36,266 nucleotides of DNA, from IMG/VR virus record IMGVR_UViG_3300020042_002709, positions 1 to 36,266 of that record, one strand, 5' to 3'. Of this stretch, positions 1 to 9,593 are shown piece after piece. Positions within the stretch are counted from its first letter, which is position 1. Each line of letters opens with the position of its first letter. This stretch comes from a virus. Its lineage: Duplodnaviria; Caudoviricetes. The notes under the pieces are model-generated. The model was not told the origin of the DNA and made no database searches. It saw only the letters and a program-made list of their open reading frames with translations. The position numbers and the translations under genes are program-made.

Positions 1-121
1 CAACTATTGTATTTTTTAATCTTAATAATAAACCTGTGTTATGTGTACTCGCTTTATAAAAATTAGCAACTGTATCAAATGTAGAATCTCCTGTTGAAGT
101 TCTTTTTACATCTAATTGATA
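1..121. repeat. Terminal 121-bp overlap identical to 36146-36266 (circular assembly overlap)
   Basis: CAACTATTGT...TCTAATTGATA at 1-121 recurs at 36146-36266. The overlap lies inside an open reading frame. Confidence 0.95.
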
Positions 122-3100
122 TCCTTGGTCTGCACCTCCTATGCTTACACTACTAGAGAATGTAGCTGCTCCTGTGGATGCTATTACTAATGGTGTTGTT
201 CTTGTACCACTTAAAAAATTTCCTGTGTAATTAGCAATCCAAAATTCGCCTGTATTTCTACGACCAATACCCCAACTACTATTACCATCACCTGTATTTG
301 AGAACCCAAAGAAATTATCTCCATCTACTGAAGATGTTGTCATTTCTGAATATACATCACTTGTATTGCTTATAGTTAATTTCCCACTAAACCTTCCTGT
401 ACCATTAACATCTAGCTTGTATAAAGAAGGGTTAGTAGTATAGCCAATAGAAGTATTTGCATTTGAATCAATCAACATTGCAATAGCATTATTTACATCA
501 AATCTCATTGTATTTGTTGATAAATAATATATTGCACCAAATGGAGAACCTGCCCTATAAAAACTAATTCCCGAATTACTTGATGTACCTGCATCAATAG
601 TAAAAAATGAAGCACTACTTGAAGCTATATGTAATAATGTGCTCGGTGTAGCAATTCCTAATCCCAAACTACCTGCTGCCGTTAAGGTCATTGCTTGGGT
701 GAAAGTAATAGCGTTACCTGCCGTTCCTGAAGGAGCATTATACCAAATATGATTGCCATCATCTTGCCAATACATATTAGAAAAATCATTAGCAATATAT
801 CTTGGAGAATTACTTGCGTTATAGAAAACATTGGTTGTAAATGCTGCACTATTATATGACGATGTGCCAAATATAGCCGCAGTTCCTATTTCTGCTACTT
901 TGTATATTCCATTCCACGCACTCGGTGTAACACCTAAACCTAAATTGCCTGAAGCGTTGAGAGTTGCTTTAACACTTTCAGCTCCTTGTGTTCTAAATTG
1001 AATACCATCATATCCATTAATATTAGCAGTTCCTTCAGAACCTAAATCAGTATTTTTAGAAAAATATACAACTTCTGCTCCGTCTGATGTTCTTGACATT
1101 GCAATTTTACTTGCATTTATTGTTGTATTTTGATTTGTAGTACCTGTATTTATTAAAATTCTACTGCCATTATCGCTAACAATACTATTACCTATTGTAC
1201 TTGTACCTGTGAATTTAGGTAGGTAGTTGGTAGTACCTGTACCTGTTACAGGATTAGTTAAAGCACTTTGCTTATTGTTAAATGTTGTCCAATCCGCACT
1301 TGATAATGCACCTCTATTTGTTGCACTCGCAGTTGGTACATTTAAAGTAATTACAGGAGTTGTTGTACTATTTGCAACACTTGAACTTAAATCAGTTCCT
1401 GTTGTTCCTATTGTTAAAGCAGCTACCGATGTAACTGTTCCTGTGTAAGCATCAGTATACTGTGGAATATTTAAAGTTGCACCAACCAAAGTTGCTGCTC
1501 CACTCGTACCTGTTGTGGTTAATGTTATAGCATTTTGTTTAGCGTTCCAAGTTGCAGCACTTGAGATATTACCATCAGGCAATAAACCCGTAACTTTTGT
1601 CGTTAAATCAATGCTACCTGCTAACATTGCATTAGTTACCTTTAAAGCACCTATTGTTGTTGTTATTGCAGTTGTACCACTACCACTTACATCACCACTT
1701 AAAGTGATTGTTTGGTTGCCTGTTATATAACCTGCACCATTAGTAATTTGATTGTTATTTGTAGGTATTGTTATAACTCCTGTTGTGGAATTATAAGCAC
1801 CACTACCTGCAACAAATGATAAAGCTAATCTTGCTCTTGTATCAGTATAGTAAAGGTTTGTAACTTCAGTAACTTGTGCAGTTGTATAATCACCACTTGT
1901 TGCAACTACTGCTCCTGTTCTACCGAATACACTTGTAACCGCATCCGTATTTATATCAGTCCAACTTGCAGTAATTGTTCCGCCATCTTGTTGATTAAGC
2001 GTTAATGTCTTTGTAGTTGTTCCTGTAACCGCTGCACTTATTATTGAATCATTATAAGCAGTTGTCCAATTAGTTTGATTAGCAGTTGTAGGTATTGAGT
2101 AACCTGCCGTTAAGCTAAATACTCCTGTTGTATTTGTATATGTTAATCCTGTTGCACTTGAACTTAACGCAGTCAAAGCAATAAACGCACTTGGGTTGGA
2201 GTTTAAATAATATGTAGAATTATCATATGATATAGTCGTTCCGCTAATCTTTACAAACCCTGTGCCGTTTAATGCAGTTTGTTTATTATTAAATGTTGTC
2301 CAATCTGTTGAAGATAAATATCCATTCGTGCTCGTAGTTGCCTGTGCAATCGTAATATTAGGCGTTGTACCACCACTTGAACTCAAAGGTGATGTAGCAG
2401 TAACCGCAGTAAGATAACCTGTTAAATCACTTGTAAGGGCTAAAGTTCCTGTTGCATTAGGAAAAGTAAAAGTATATCCTGTTGCACTTGGTAAAGTAAA
2501 AGTATTACTAATACCACTACCACTTGTGAACTTAACCCCATTGGTTAATCCACCTATATTCATATAACCTGCTAATGAGTTACTTGAAGCATTTTGTAAG
2601 AATATGCCTCCGTTGTTTTTAGTAGCATCAGAAAAAGTCTTTGTTCCACCTATTGTTTCATTGCCTGTATTATGAACAACTGCACTATCTAAAGCGTATG
2701 TTGAATTATCATATGTAATCGTAGTACCTGAAGCCTTAACGAATCCTGTCCCGTTTAATTGTGCTTGTGGAATATAACCTAAAGAAGCTGCAATATCAGC
2801 AGCATTATCTACGAAAGTAGGTCTTACAAATATCTCACCATTATTAACATCGCTATAAACAACAATCGCAATAGTTACTATATTGCTAGGGTTTGTAGGT
2901 TCAGTAGAAGTAAATCCACCTGCCGTAGTTGGTGATGCGTATAAAATTGTACCATTAGCAAAAGCACTTGTGTCTATTTGTCTAATAGCACCAAACGCAG
3001 TTACCTTACCATCTTCTCCGTTTAATATCGTTTCAGCAGTTACACCTAAACATACTTTAGAATCATAACTACCATCAGCTAAAAAAGGAGCAATCAATAT

Positions 3101-4105
3101 TCTACCACTTGCACCTACTGTACCATTTGCTCTTACAATAGTTCCTTTTGTTATAGTAGCACCTGTTTGGTTTTTAACATTATAAAAAGTATCCTGCATT
3201 ACACTACCTGTAACACCATTCATTATCACATCTACGCTTTCTTTATCAGCGTTCCAATACATAGTACCTTGAGCAGTAGGAGTACTTGTTGGAGTTGTAT
3301 CAAACCCTATAAAACCACCGCTTAAACCATATTCTCCTAAATTTACATTAGCAGTAGCACCACTATAAGGCACATACCCTGTTAATATAGGGAAGGTTGT
3401 CAAGTTTCCTGCTCCGTTTACATATTGTAAATTAGTACCTGCAAATGCAAAAGCTAGAGTTCCACTTGTTGTTATTGGTGAACCTGTAATTCCTATTGAA
3501 TCACCTGTAATAGATGCAGCTACACTTGTAACTGTACCTACTGCCCCACTTGAACGCTGCCAAATAGAACCGCTATATATAACATAATCACCTACTGCAA
3601 AAGTTATACTTCCTGCTCCAAAGTTTACAGACCCTGCTGCGTTACAAATATAAACATCACCTGTGTCGCCTGTTCCATTTGCTAATGTAGGAGTATTTGT
3701 TGCTGCACTCCACATACCTTTGTATTCCATTATAGAACTAGGTAATTGTGATACAGGAACTTTACCTGCACTATCCAATGATGCGTATCCATTAGATGCA
3801 CCTTTTTCACTTCTTAACTGATAAGTATCTAATAAGGCTTGACTAGGAAAAGTTTGCACATAAGCACTACCACTCCATAAATAAAGTTTATTAGTATCCT
3901 TTGCACAATATATAGTATCAATAGTTCCTGTTACAGGAAACGCTGCCAAGTTAGCATAAAAAGAAACTGAACCTGCGAATAAAGAAGCAATCTGTTCAAG
4001 TGTAATTTTCTTTGAAACACCTGTTATTGGGTCGCCTATTATTGTTAAGTCAGTTGCTGCAGGTGACATTTCTGTCGCCAATTGATTTATTTTTTTAGAT
4101 TCCAT
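1..4105 (-). CDS. Long tail fibre / receptor-binding protein, 5' part (continues across the contig join to 35580; ~1556 aa in total)
   Basis: Missing from the ORF track. ATG at 4105 (MESKKINQLATEMSPAATDLTIIGDP...) and my manual translation stays open to base 1. It is Thr/Gly/Ser-rich with fibre repeats (GTVTSVAA, LSSxDWTTFNNKQ, LNGTGFVKxSGTTIxYDNSTY). 4105+566 nt = 1557 codons, in frame with 35580..36098. Confidence 0.9.
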   Translation of the reverse strand, partial: MESKKINQLATEMSPAATDLTIIGDPITGVSKKITLEQIASLFAGSVSFYANLAAFPVTGTIDTIYCAKDTNKLYLWSGSAYVQTFPSQALLDTYQLRSEKGASNGYASLDSAGKVPVSQLPSSIMEYKGMWSAATNTPTLANGTGDTGDVYICNAAGSVNFGAGSITFAVGDYVIYSGSIWQRSSGAVGTVTSVAASITGDSIGITGSPITTSGTLAFAFAGTNLQYVNGAGNLTTFPILTGYVPYSGATANVNLGEYGLSGGFIGFDTTPTSTPTAQGTMYWNADKESVDVIMNGVTGSVMQDTFYNVKNQTGATITKGTIVRANGTVGASGRILIAPFLADGSYDSKVCLGVTAETILNGEDGKVTAFGAIRQIDTSAFANGTILYASPTTAGGFTSTEPTNPSNIVTIAIVVYSDVNNGEIFVRPTFVDNAADIAASLGYIPQAQLNGTGFVKASGTTITYDNSTYALDSAVVHNTGNETIGGTKTFSDATKNNGGIFLQNASSNSLAGYMNIGGLTNGVKFTSGSGISNTFTLPSATGYTFTFPNATGTLALTSDLTGYLTAVTATSPLSSSGGTTPNITIAQATTSTNGYLSSTDWTTFNNKQTALNGTGFVKISGTTISYDNSTYYLNSNPSAFIALTALSSSATGLTYTNTTGVFSLTAGYSIPTTANQTNWTTAYNDSIISAAVTGTTTKTLTLNQQDGGTITASWTDINTDAVTSVFGRTGAVVATSGDYTTAQVTEVTNLYYTDTRARLALSFVAGSGAYNSTTGVITIPTNNNQITNGAGYITGNQTITLSGDVSGSGTTAITTTIGALKVTNAMLAGSIDLTTKVTGLLPDGNISSAATWNAKQNAITLTTTGTSGAATLVGATLNIPQYTDAYTGTVTSVAALTIGTTGTDLSSSVANSTTTPVITLNVPTASATNRGALSSADWTTFNNKQSALTNPVTGTGTTNYLPKFTGTSTIGNSIVSDNGSRILINTGTTNQNTTINASKIAMSRTSDGAEVVYFSKNTDLGSEGTANINGYDGIQFRTQGAESVKATLNASGNLGLGVTPSAWNGIYKVAEIGTAAIFGTSSYNSAAFTTNVFYNASNSPRYIANDFSNMYWQDDGNHIWYNAPSGTAGNAITFTQAMTLTAAGSLGLGIATPSTLLHIASSSASFFTIDAGTSSNSGISFYRAGSPFGAIYYLSTNTMRFDVNNAIAMLIDSNANTSIGYTTNPSLYKLDVNGTGRFSGKLTISNTSDVYSEMTTSSVDGDNFFGFSNTGDGNSSWGIGRRNTGEFWIANYTGNFLSGTRTTPLVIASTGAATFSSSVSIGGADQGYQLDVKRTSTGDSTFDTVANFYKASTHNTGLLLRLKNTIV

Positions 4106-4529
4106 TTGAAGGTATTTGACAAGTGTCGTTTAATGAAGATAATGTTAAAGAAAAATCTATTTTAATACCTGCTAAATAATCAGGGTCGCTTTCAGTATAA
4201 AAGGTAATAGGCATATTATCACTTGCTATCCAATTATAAATTGGGTCTCTTAAACTAGCAACCATATCCTGACCTACTAAAGTCATATCACTTAATACTT
4301 CTGTTTCGTTTGTTTCTTCCATTAGCATCCTATCCATTACATAGATAGAAAAATTGTATTGTATTTGCTTTGCTAATATTTGAGCATCAGTTAAAGTAAA
4401 AAACATAGCAGGGTAAGTTACCTCACCATTACTTAATCGTTCCCAAACATCACCGAAATATACGAACTTAATTTGCTCGTGATTGTTTCCGAATGTTGTT
4501 ATTTGTTTTACTATTTGATTTAAGGTCAT
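4095..4529 (-). CDS. Putative tail terminator / tail completion protein
   Basis: 144 aa with YPAMFF motif and beta-rich pattern, downstream of the head-tail connector. Assignment is from size and context. Confidence 0.55.
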   Translation of the reverse strand: MTLNQIVKQITTFGNNHEQIKFVYFGDVWERLSNGEVTYPAMFFTLTDAQILAKQIQYNFSIYVMDRMLMEETNETEVLSDMTLVGQDMVASLRDPIYNWIASDNMPITFYTESDPDYLAGIKIDFSLTLSSLNDTCQIPSNGI

Positions 4530-4596
4530 TCTTTTTTGTTTTTTCTAAATAAACTTTTAGCTTATTTTGATTCTTAATGTTTGCTTCTTTGCTCAT
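4468..4596 (-). CDS. Small basic hypothetical protein (42 aa, MSKEANIKNQNKLKVYLEK...)
   Basis: ATG 1 nt after the stop of 4598..5170; fills the gap to the next gene; below the ORF-track cutoff. Confidence 0.45.
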   Translation of the reverse strand: MSKEANIKNQNKLKVYLEKTKKNDLKSNSKTNNNIRKQSRAN

Positions 4597-4597
4597 A

Positions 4598-5170
4598 TTA
4601 ACATCCTATTTTACCCTGATACTTTTCGGCTAGGTTTTTATTCTCATAACAACTACCATCTTCTAAATATAAAGATGAAGTGTATCCTTCTAAATCAGGT
4701 ACTATGGTATCAATACCACTTGTAAAGTTTAAATATTCAGGGAACAAAGTATTATTCTGTCTTAAATATTTAATTACTCTTTGTTTGTAAAATTCTGCTC
4801 GTGTTCTATATCTATTAGCAACATCAATCATATCCTGCATTGAAGGATTTTCTGTGTTATCACCTGACTTTCTTAATAGACCCTTATTATAAAATTGATA
4901 TGATAACCCCATTGGAAGTTCACTCATAACATAATAAATCAAGCAATCAGCTAAATAATTATTTAAAAGTATTACTTCGTTAGCGTTTAAATTATTTGCA
5001 GTTATACCTGCTTGTAATCTATTATAAAGTGTGCTACCCAAAGTAGGTAATATATACATATCCTGTGCAGTCTTTATTTCAGGCAATACTAATTTTTCAT
5101 CTACATTAGCGTGTAATCCTGTTCTATCTTTTATACCTTGTACAGATATGAATAATGTATTTAATGACAT
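4598..5170 (-). CDS. Putative head-tail connector/adaptor
   Basis: 190 aa, helical, directly after the portal; IKTAQDMYILPTLG...LY pattern typical of phage head-completion proteins. Confidence 0.6.
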   Translation of the reverse strand: MSLNTLFISVQGIKDRTGLHANVDEKLVLPEIKTAQDMYILPTLGSTLYNRLQAGITANNLNANEVILLNNYLADCLIYYVMSELPMGLSYQFYNKGLLRKSGDNTENPSMQDMIDVANRYRTRAEFYKQRVIKYLRQNNTLFPEYLNFTSGIDTIVPDLEGYTSSLYLEDGSCYENKNLAEKYQGKIGC

Positions 5171-5173
5171 TTC

Positions 5174-7156
5174 TTATTTTTTTCTTGTTACTACATTTGT
5201 TTTCCACTCGTGGCGGCAAGATTCACTTATAGTTCCGTTATCATTCCACCATCCGCCTCTCCTATCCCAAACTGAATATCCTAATCTTGCACTCATCATT
5301 TCAATATCACTTCTGCTATATAGTTTATTTGCACCTAATAAAGCCTTACAAAAAGGTCTACTATTAGTTATATCACTATTATTAAATCCTGCAATCCAAT
5401 CATAAGAATAACGAACTAAAATTTCAGTTGTTTGTGGCTTTGTATCACCTACTGCCTTGCTCAATGGTTGTGTTAATTCCCTTGAAATTATAATGTTGCT
5501 ATTAATTCCTTTGCCTATTTTAGTTTCAGTAGTCTTTAATATCTTTCTATCCTCTAAATCTTTTATAACTGTATTAATAGTTTCAACACTTTCATCTAAA
5601 ACCTCTGCCAATACTTCAGGTGTAATATCCTTTTGTTTTGCTATTTGGTCTAATATGTCTGATTCTAATTGATTTACATCAGCAAACATATAAAAGTCTG
5701 CTTCATCACTAAAACGCTTTTTAGATTTCCAAATGTTATAACTTTCTTTTGACTCACCAAACTCCATAAATACTCCAAAGTCTTGTGCTGCAAATTGTGC
5801 ATCTAATTCTTCTGAACCTAGCCAAGTATTTACTTCTTCATCACTTAACGCATATCCTGTTTTAAGCATTGCTGAAGCCTGTTCTCTATTAATCTTACCT
5901 TTAGTAAATTCACGAATGATACGCTGCATATTCTGCCACTCCCGACCTTTTAAACCTTTGATATGCTCATTAACAGATAAACTTTGTGCAGGTGCTGCAG
6001 CATCTTGTGCAGGTGCATATTTAGTCATATCAATTCCTATCTTCTCTAATACCCACTCTTTAGGAGCAACTGAAACTATTGTTTGCTCACTAAATTCTAT
6101 TCCTAATGGTTCAGTAGGTATAATTTTTATTTCACTTACAACACCTTTTAATTTAGCTAACATATTAAATACACTTTCTAGGTGCATCTGTTTAGCGTTT
6201 ACATAAGTATTCTTAAATATCTCGTAGCCATCACGCATCTCTGTTCTACTACCTAACTTACCTGCTTCTGCAATACCCATAATTGATGGAGTAGTAACTT
6301 GATGCCCACTAAAAATATTAGTTTGTATTAATTCATCTATCTTACCAAAATCCTCTTTTGTTAAATCACTTGTACCTAAATCATCTACGACAGGTTTCCT
6401 AGATATGTCATTGACAAAAGCAATCATATATTTCTTACCATCCGCACCGCTATAAGTCTTTCTTAATCTATTATCTACATTTCTTTTTTCTTCATCATTA
6501 GGCTCACCATTTGGTAAGGTAATAAGTTTACTAGCAGAAAACCCTGTTTGAGCATTACCTAAAATATGTTTAGATACTTCAATATCTGATTCAATATAGT
6601 TTAGAGCAGCAAAGTAACTAGGCAATCCATAGATACCTATGTTTGGTCTGTACTCTTTTATGTATAGAATTTGCTTACCTATTGGTTGTTTAGGATTAAA
6701 TGCAGCAACTACTTCAGGCTTAACTTTGTTATCTTTCCAATCTTCTTTATACCAATACTGCGTATTATCTTTATTCGTGCGTATCTTAACATAATCACAA
6801 TGCCATATCTCTGCTAAATTACCTGCTAAATCCCAAATAACTTCCATATAAGCACCGCCAAATATCTCAATGTCTAAAGATACCTTTCTAGTTAAATCAT
6901 CTAAAGATTCAACTCTGTTTGCTTTATCAATAAAGGATTGAGCATCTGCCTCACCTGACCAACCATTACCTGTAATGTAGTGAACCTTACTTTTAATGAT
7001 GGCACTATGCTTTGATGACTTGTTATATAAGTCAACTATATATTCAGGGTAATCGTTATTTTCCCCATATTTTATGTAGCCGCCATCAATACCTTTCTTC
7101 TCTTTGAATTCAGGCTGCCTAGCTTCTGCGAATGTTAATACTCTTAAATCTATCAT
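5174..7156 (-). CDS. Portal protein with C-terminal extension (winged-HTH-like segment and MuF-like Cys/His motif)
   Basis: The N-terminal ~380 aa has portal motifs (YGENNDYP, SSKHSAII, YGLPSY, IFSGHQVTTP). The C-terminus has SRPFC...CRHEW. Confidence 0.8.
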   Translation of the reverse strand: MIDLRVLTFAEARQPEFKEKKGIDGGYIKYGENNDYPEYIVDLYNKSSKHSAIIKSKVHYITGNGWSGEADAQSFIDKANRVESLDDLTRKVSLDIEIFGGAYMEVIWDLAGNLAEIWHCDYVKIRTNKDNTQYWYKEDWKDNKVKPEVVAAFNPKQPIGKQILYIKEYRPNIGIYGLPSYFAALNYIESDIEVSKHILGNAQTGFSASKLITLPNGEPNDEEKRNVDNRLRKTYSGADGKKYMIAFVNDISRKPVVDDLGTSDLTKEDFGKIDELIQTNIFSGHQVTTPSIMGIAEAGKLGSRTEMRDGYEIFKNTYVNAKQMHLESVFNMLAKLKGVVSEIKIIPTEPLGIEFSEQTIVSVAPKEWVLEKIGIDMTKYAPAQDAAAPAQSLSVNEHIKGLKGREWQNMQRIIREFTKGKINREQASAMLKTGYALSDEEVNTWLGSEELDAQFAAQDFGVFMEFGESKESYNIWKSKKRFSDEADFYMFADVNQLESDILDQIAKQKDITPEVLAEVLDESVETINTVIKDLEDRKILKTTETKIGKGINSNIIISRELTQPLSKAVGDTKPQTTEILVRYSYDWIAGFNNSDITNSRPFCKALLGANKLYSRSDIEMMSARLGYSVWDRRGGWWNDNGTISESCRHEWKTNVVTRKK

Positions 7157-7527
7157 TGTCTAATTGTATAAGTGTCTGTTGTTGTATATTCTGTAAATGA
7201 TATAGTAGTACCTGAAAGCCACATAATCCCTGTTTCTAGCTTGTTTAAGCCACTAGGATTTGTGTTGCTAGTACTTGCTTGTTCATATATCTCGTATGTG
7301 TATTGCCCTTCTAAAGCAGTATTAAAGTATGTATTAGTTACAATGCTAAATTCATTGAACCTGTCTTTATATGAACTTAAATCTGTTGCGTTTAATTTGA
7401 CAAAACTAATTACCTCATTACTACTTCTATTAGTAAATACAAATAAATAGTTTGGGTTAGTCAATAACTGCTTTTCAGTTAATGTTAACACAATAGTATT
7501 TGTTTCGCCTTTAGTAAAATGTATCAT
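7153..7527 (-). CDS. Hypothetical virion protein (beta-rich, possibly Ig-like)
   Basis: 124 aa, coupled to the portal by an ATGA overlap; GQYTYEIYEQ motif. Confidence 0.6.
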   Translation of the reverse strand: MIHFTKGETNTIVLTLTEKQLLTNPNYLFVFTNRSSNEVISFVKLNATDLSSYKDRFNEFSIVTNTYFNTALEGQYTYEIYEQASTSNTNPSGLNKLETGIMWLSGTTISFTEYTTTDTYTIRQ

Positions 7528-7539
7528 TACTAATATATA

Positions 7540-8000
7540 GGGAAATAATGAATGTTTGCAAAATAGTAATATAGTTATAATCTGCCTGAATTTTTCCGAA
7601 AAACCTATGCAATAGTTAATAAATTGGCAATATATGTCCGAATTAGTGTTATATATTTATCTAATTATGTAACAAAACAAGGTTTAATTCGGTAGTAATA
7701 CTACCCTAATATCAAAAAATGTAAACTCTGCAAGTTTTGATAATATAAAATCTTGTTGCACCTAAATTATAAAAACCTGCTTTACTCAATCGGTTGAGTA
7801 ATTTTACTCAAAGTAAAATAGTAAAGCTATTATTTTACTTTATCAATCAAAAAGTAAATATATAACTTGACAAATGAGCCGTAAATGATTGATAAACGTC
7901 TCAAGATTGATTGACAAATGCACATCATAAAGTGCGTTATATGTCGCATATTGCCATCATTAGTGTCAAATATGGCACATTATGATGGATATATATAACA
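7540..8000. repeat. Non-coding region packed with distinct imperfect inverted repeats
   Basis: Examples: GGTAG-taata-CTACC 7691-7705; TTACTCAA-tcgg-TTGAGTAA 7782-7801; AAGTAAAATA..TATTTTACTT 7811-7840; TTTATCAATCA 7839-7849 / TGATTGATAAA 7886-7896; CCATCAT..ATGATGG 7954-7988. No ORF of 60 aa or more. Confidence 0.7.
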
Positions 8001-8001
8001 T

Positions 8002-8032
8002 AAAAACCCCCACCTAGAGAACTAGGCAGGGG
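8002..8032 (-). terminator. Intrinsic terminator after the tail tube gene
   Basis: Minus strand reads CCCCTGCCTAG-TTCT-CTAGGTGGGGG-TTTTT. Confidence 0.75.
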
Positions 8033-8056
8033 AACTAACTATGAAAAACTACAAAC

Positions 8057-8575
8057 CTAACCTGCAGTTGTAAGAGCAGCAGCAACTGTACTATTAACTT
8101 CAGGGGATAAGCTAGGCTCTGCTCCTGTAAATGTTAAAGTATATCCGCTTCTGTCTCCTTCAGCAGTACCTGTTGCGGCACTACCTGCGGTTAAATCCAA
8201 TGCTCTTGTTTTACCTACGTACCAATACTTACCATTGTTGTCTTTAGCAACTGCGACAAGTCTATTTTGTGCTAATAATAAGATTTCATTTCTTGTATTA
8301 GCTTGTAACTTATTTAAAATTATTGTCAATTCAGGGGTAAAATACAAAGTACCATTTTGAACATTTGATGCTACATTCTCTGTAAGCATTGAAGTTCCTT
8401 TAGTTAACTCATATTTATAAAACCTCTTACCTGTTGCTTTTACTAATGCAGTAATTACACCACTAGCTTCAGTAGTAGAAGTTACATCTGAACTTGCAAT
8501 AAAATAAACTTCCGTAATTCCACCTAAAGAATCACGACAATCTAGGGTATATCCCTGTGTTAATGCACACGCCAT
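8057..8575 (-). CDS. Major tail (tube) protein
   Basis: 172 aa, MACALTQG..DC.DSLGGI start and SGYTLTFTGAE motif; follows the major capsid gene. Confidence 0.7.
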   Translation of the reverse strand: MACALTQGYTLDCRDSLGGITEVYFIASSDVTSTTEASGVITALVKATGKRFYKYELTKGTSMLTENVASNVQNGTLYFTPELTIILNKLQANTRNEILLLAQNRLVAVAKDNNGKYWYVGKTRALDLTAGSAATGTAEGDRSGYTLTFTGAEPSLSPEVNSTVAAALTTAG

Positions 8576-8596
8576 TTTTGTTTATTTTATTTTATT

Positions 8597-8625
8597 AAAA
8601 AATGGGGAGTATATTTCAACTCCCC
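8597..8625 (-). terminator. Intrinsic terminator/attenuator after the major capsid gene
   Basis: Minus strand reads GGGGAGT-tgaaatat-ACTCCCC-a-TTTTTT. Confidence 0.75.
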
Positions 8626-8631
8626 TTATAA

Positions 8632-9582
8632 TTAAATTGCTACTTTAACGATTTCATCAGGGAATGCTACGTTCACACCCATTTTGAATTCTGCTGCAAA
8701 ACGAACTTCATCAGCCTCTTTTGCAAAGAAGATTTCAAACTTTTCTTCTTCGTTAAGTAAATCTGTACCCAAGAACAAGTTGCTTAAACGCATTGCGTAA
8801 ACATCATTTGTTCCGTTTAATCCTTGTAAAGCTACTACTTTAATAGAAGTTCCCGGAAGTACAAATTCGCTATCTGCTTTACCATCAAAAGCATAATTGA
8901 ACATATTAGCGTTCTTTAATGCAATTGTGTAAGTACGGAATGTATCCATACCACAAACAATAACCATATCTTCAGAAGCTACTACTTTAGCAGGAATTGC
9001 ACTATATACACCATCAAATAATGCAACTACGTTTGCAGCAGTAATAGAACTCAAAGGAGCACCTGAAATATAACCTGATACGTTAGCATCAACTACACCT
9101 GCAGCAGCACCGATTAATTTGATGAAGCCATCAAACTTATTTAAGTTACCATTAGCAGAAGCAGTATCACCCTGCCATAAAGCAGTCTCTAATTGAGCAG
9201 CAATTGTTTTAGCTTTTCTATCAGAATAATCTTGCTCAAAAGGAATTGAATCATATTGGCTACCTGTTGGTAAAGCCTTTTGTAAGTATTTAGCTTCCAA
9301 TGCTTTAGGACATAAAGCCTCTTGTACTTTAATCTTACCTACTGTTACAGTTCTTTGTGTAAAAGAAGTTGTACCTGATGCGTTCCAACCGCAAGTACCA
9401 CCTGCTTGAAAGAAAGCATCTGTATCCATAATATTAATGGTTTCTGCGGATTTAACTCCAACCATTACGTTTCCTGCACTTTTAATAAGGGCAGCAGTTT
9501 TTGCACCTAATACAGATGAAGTCACTAACTGTGCTTCGTTTTCTTTAGTATAGTTGCTTAATGTTGATACTGAAAATGACAT
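8632..9582 (-). CDS. Major capsid protein (HK97-like fold)
   Basis: 316 aa after the scaffold; LWQGD...FDGFIK motif; followed by a terminator. Confidence 0.85.
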   Translation of the reverse strand: MSFSVSTLSNYTKENEAQLVTSSVLGAKTAALIKSAGNVMVGVKSAETINIMDTDAFFQAGGTCGWNASGTTSFTQRTVTVGKIKVQEALCPKALEAKYLQKALPTGSQYDSIPFEQDYSDRKAKTIAAQLETALWQGDTASANGNLNKFDGFIKLIGAAAGVVDANVSGYISGAPLSSITAANVVALFDGVYSAIPAKVVASEDMVIVCGMDTFRTYTIALKNANMFNYAFDGKADSEFVLPGTSIKVVALQGLNGTNDVYAMRLSNLFLGTDLLNEEEKFEIFFAKEADEVRFAAEFKMGVNVAFPDEIVKVAI

Positions 9583-9593
9583 TTTTTATAAAT

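Noticed and set aside
688-3068. Track ORFs 688..870, 1227..1448, 1515..1730 and 2883..3068
   Set aside because: Antisense or out-of-frame shadows of the tail fibre gene.
7940-7951. 12-bp match TATGTCGCATAT to hairpin A of the initiator leader (28334-28345)
   Set aside because: Many 12-bp matches are expected by chance in a 36-kb AT-rich genome, and the match does not extend.
7540-8000. CRISPR array or tRNA in the non-coding gap
   Set aside because: No constant repeat with regular spacers, and no cloverleaf or T-loop signature.
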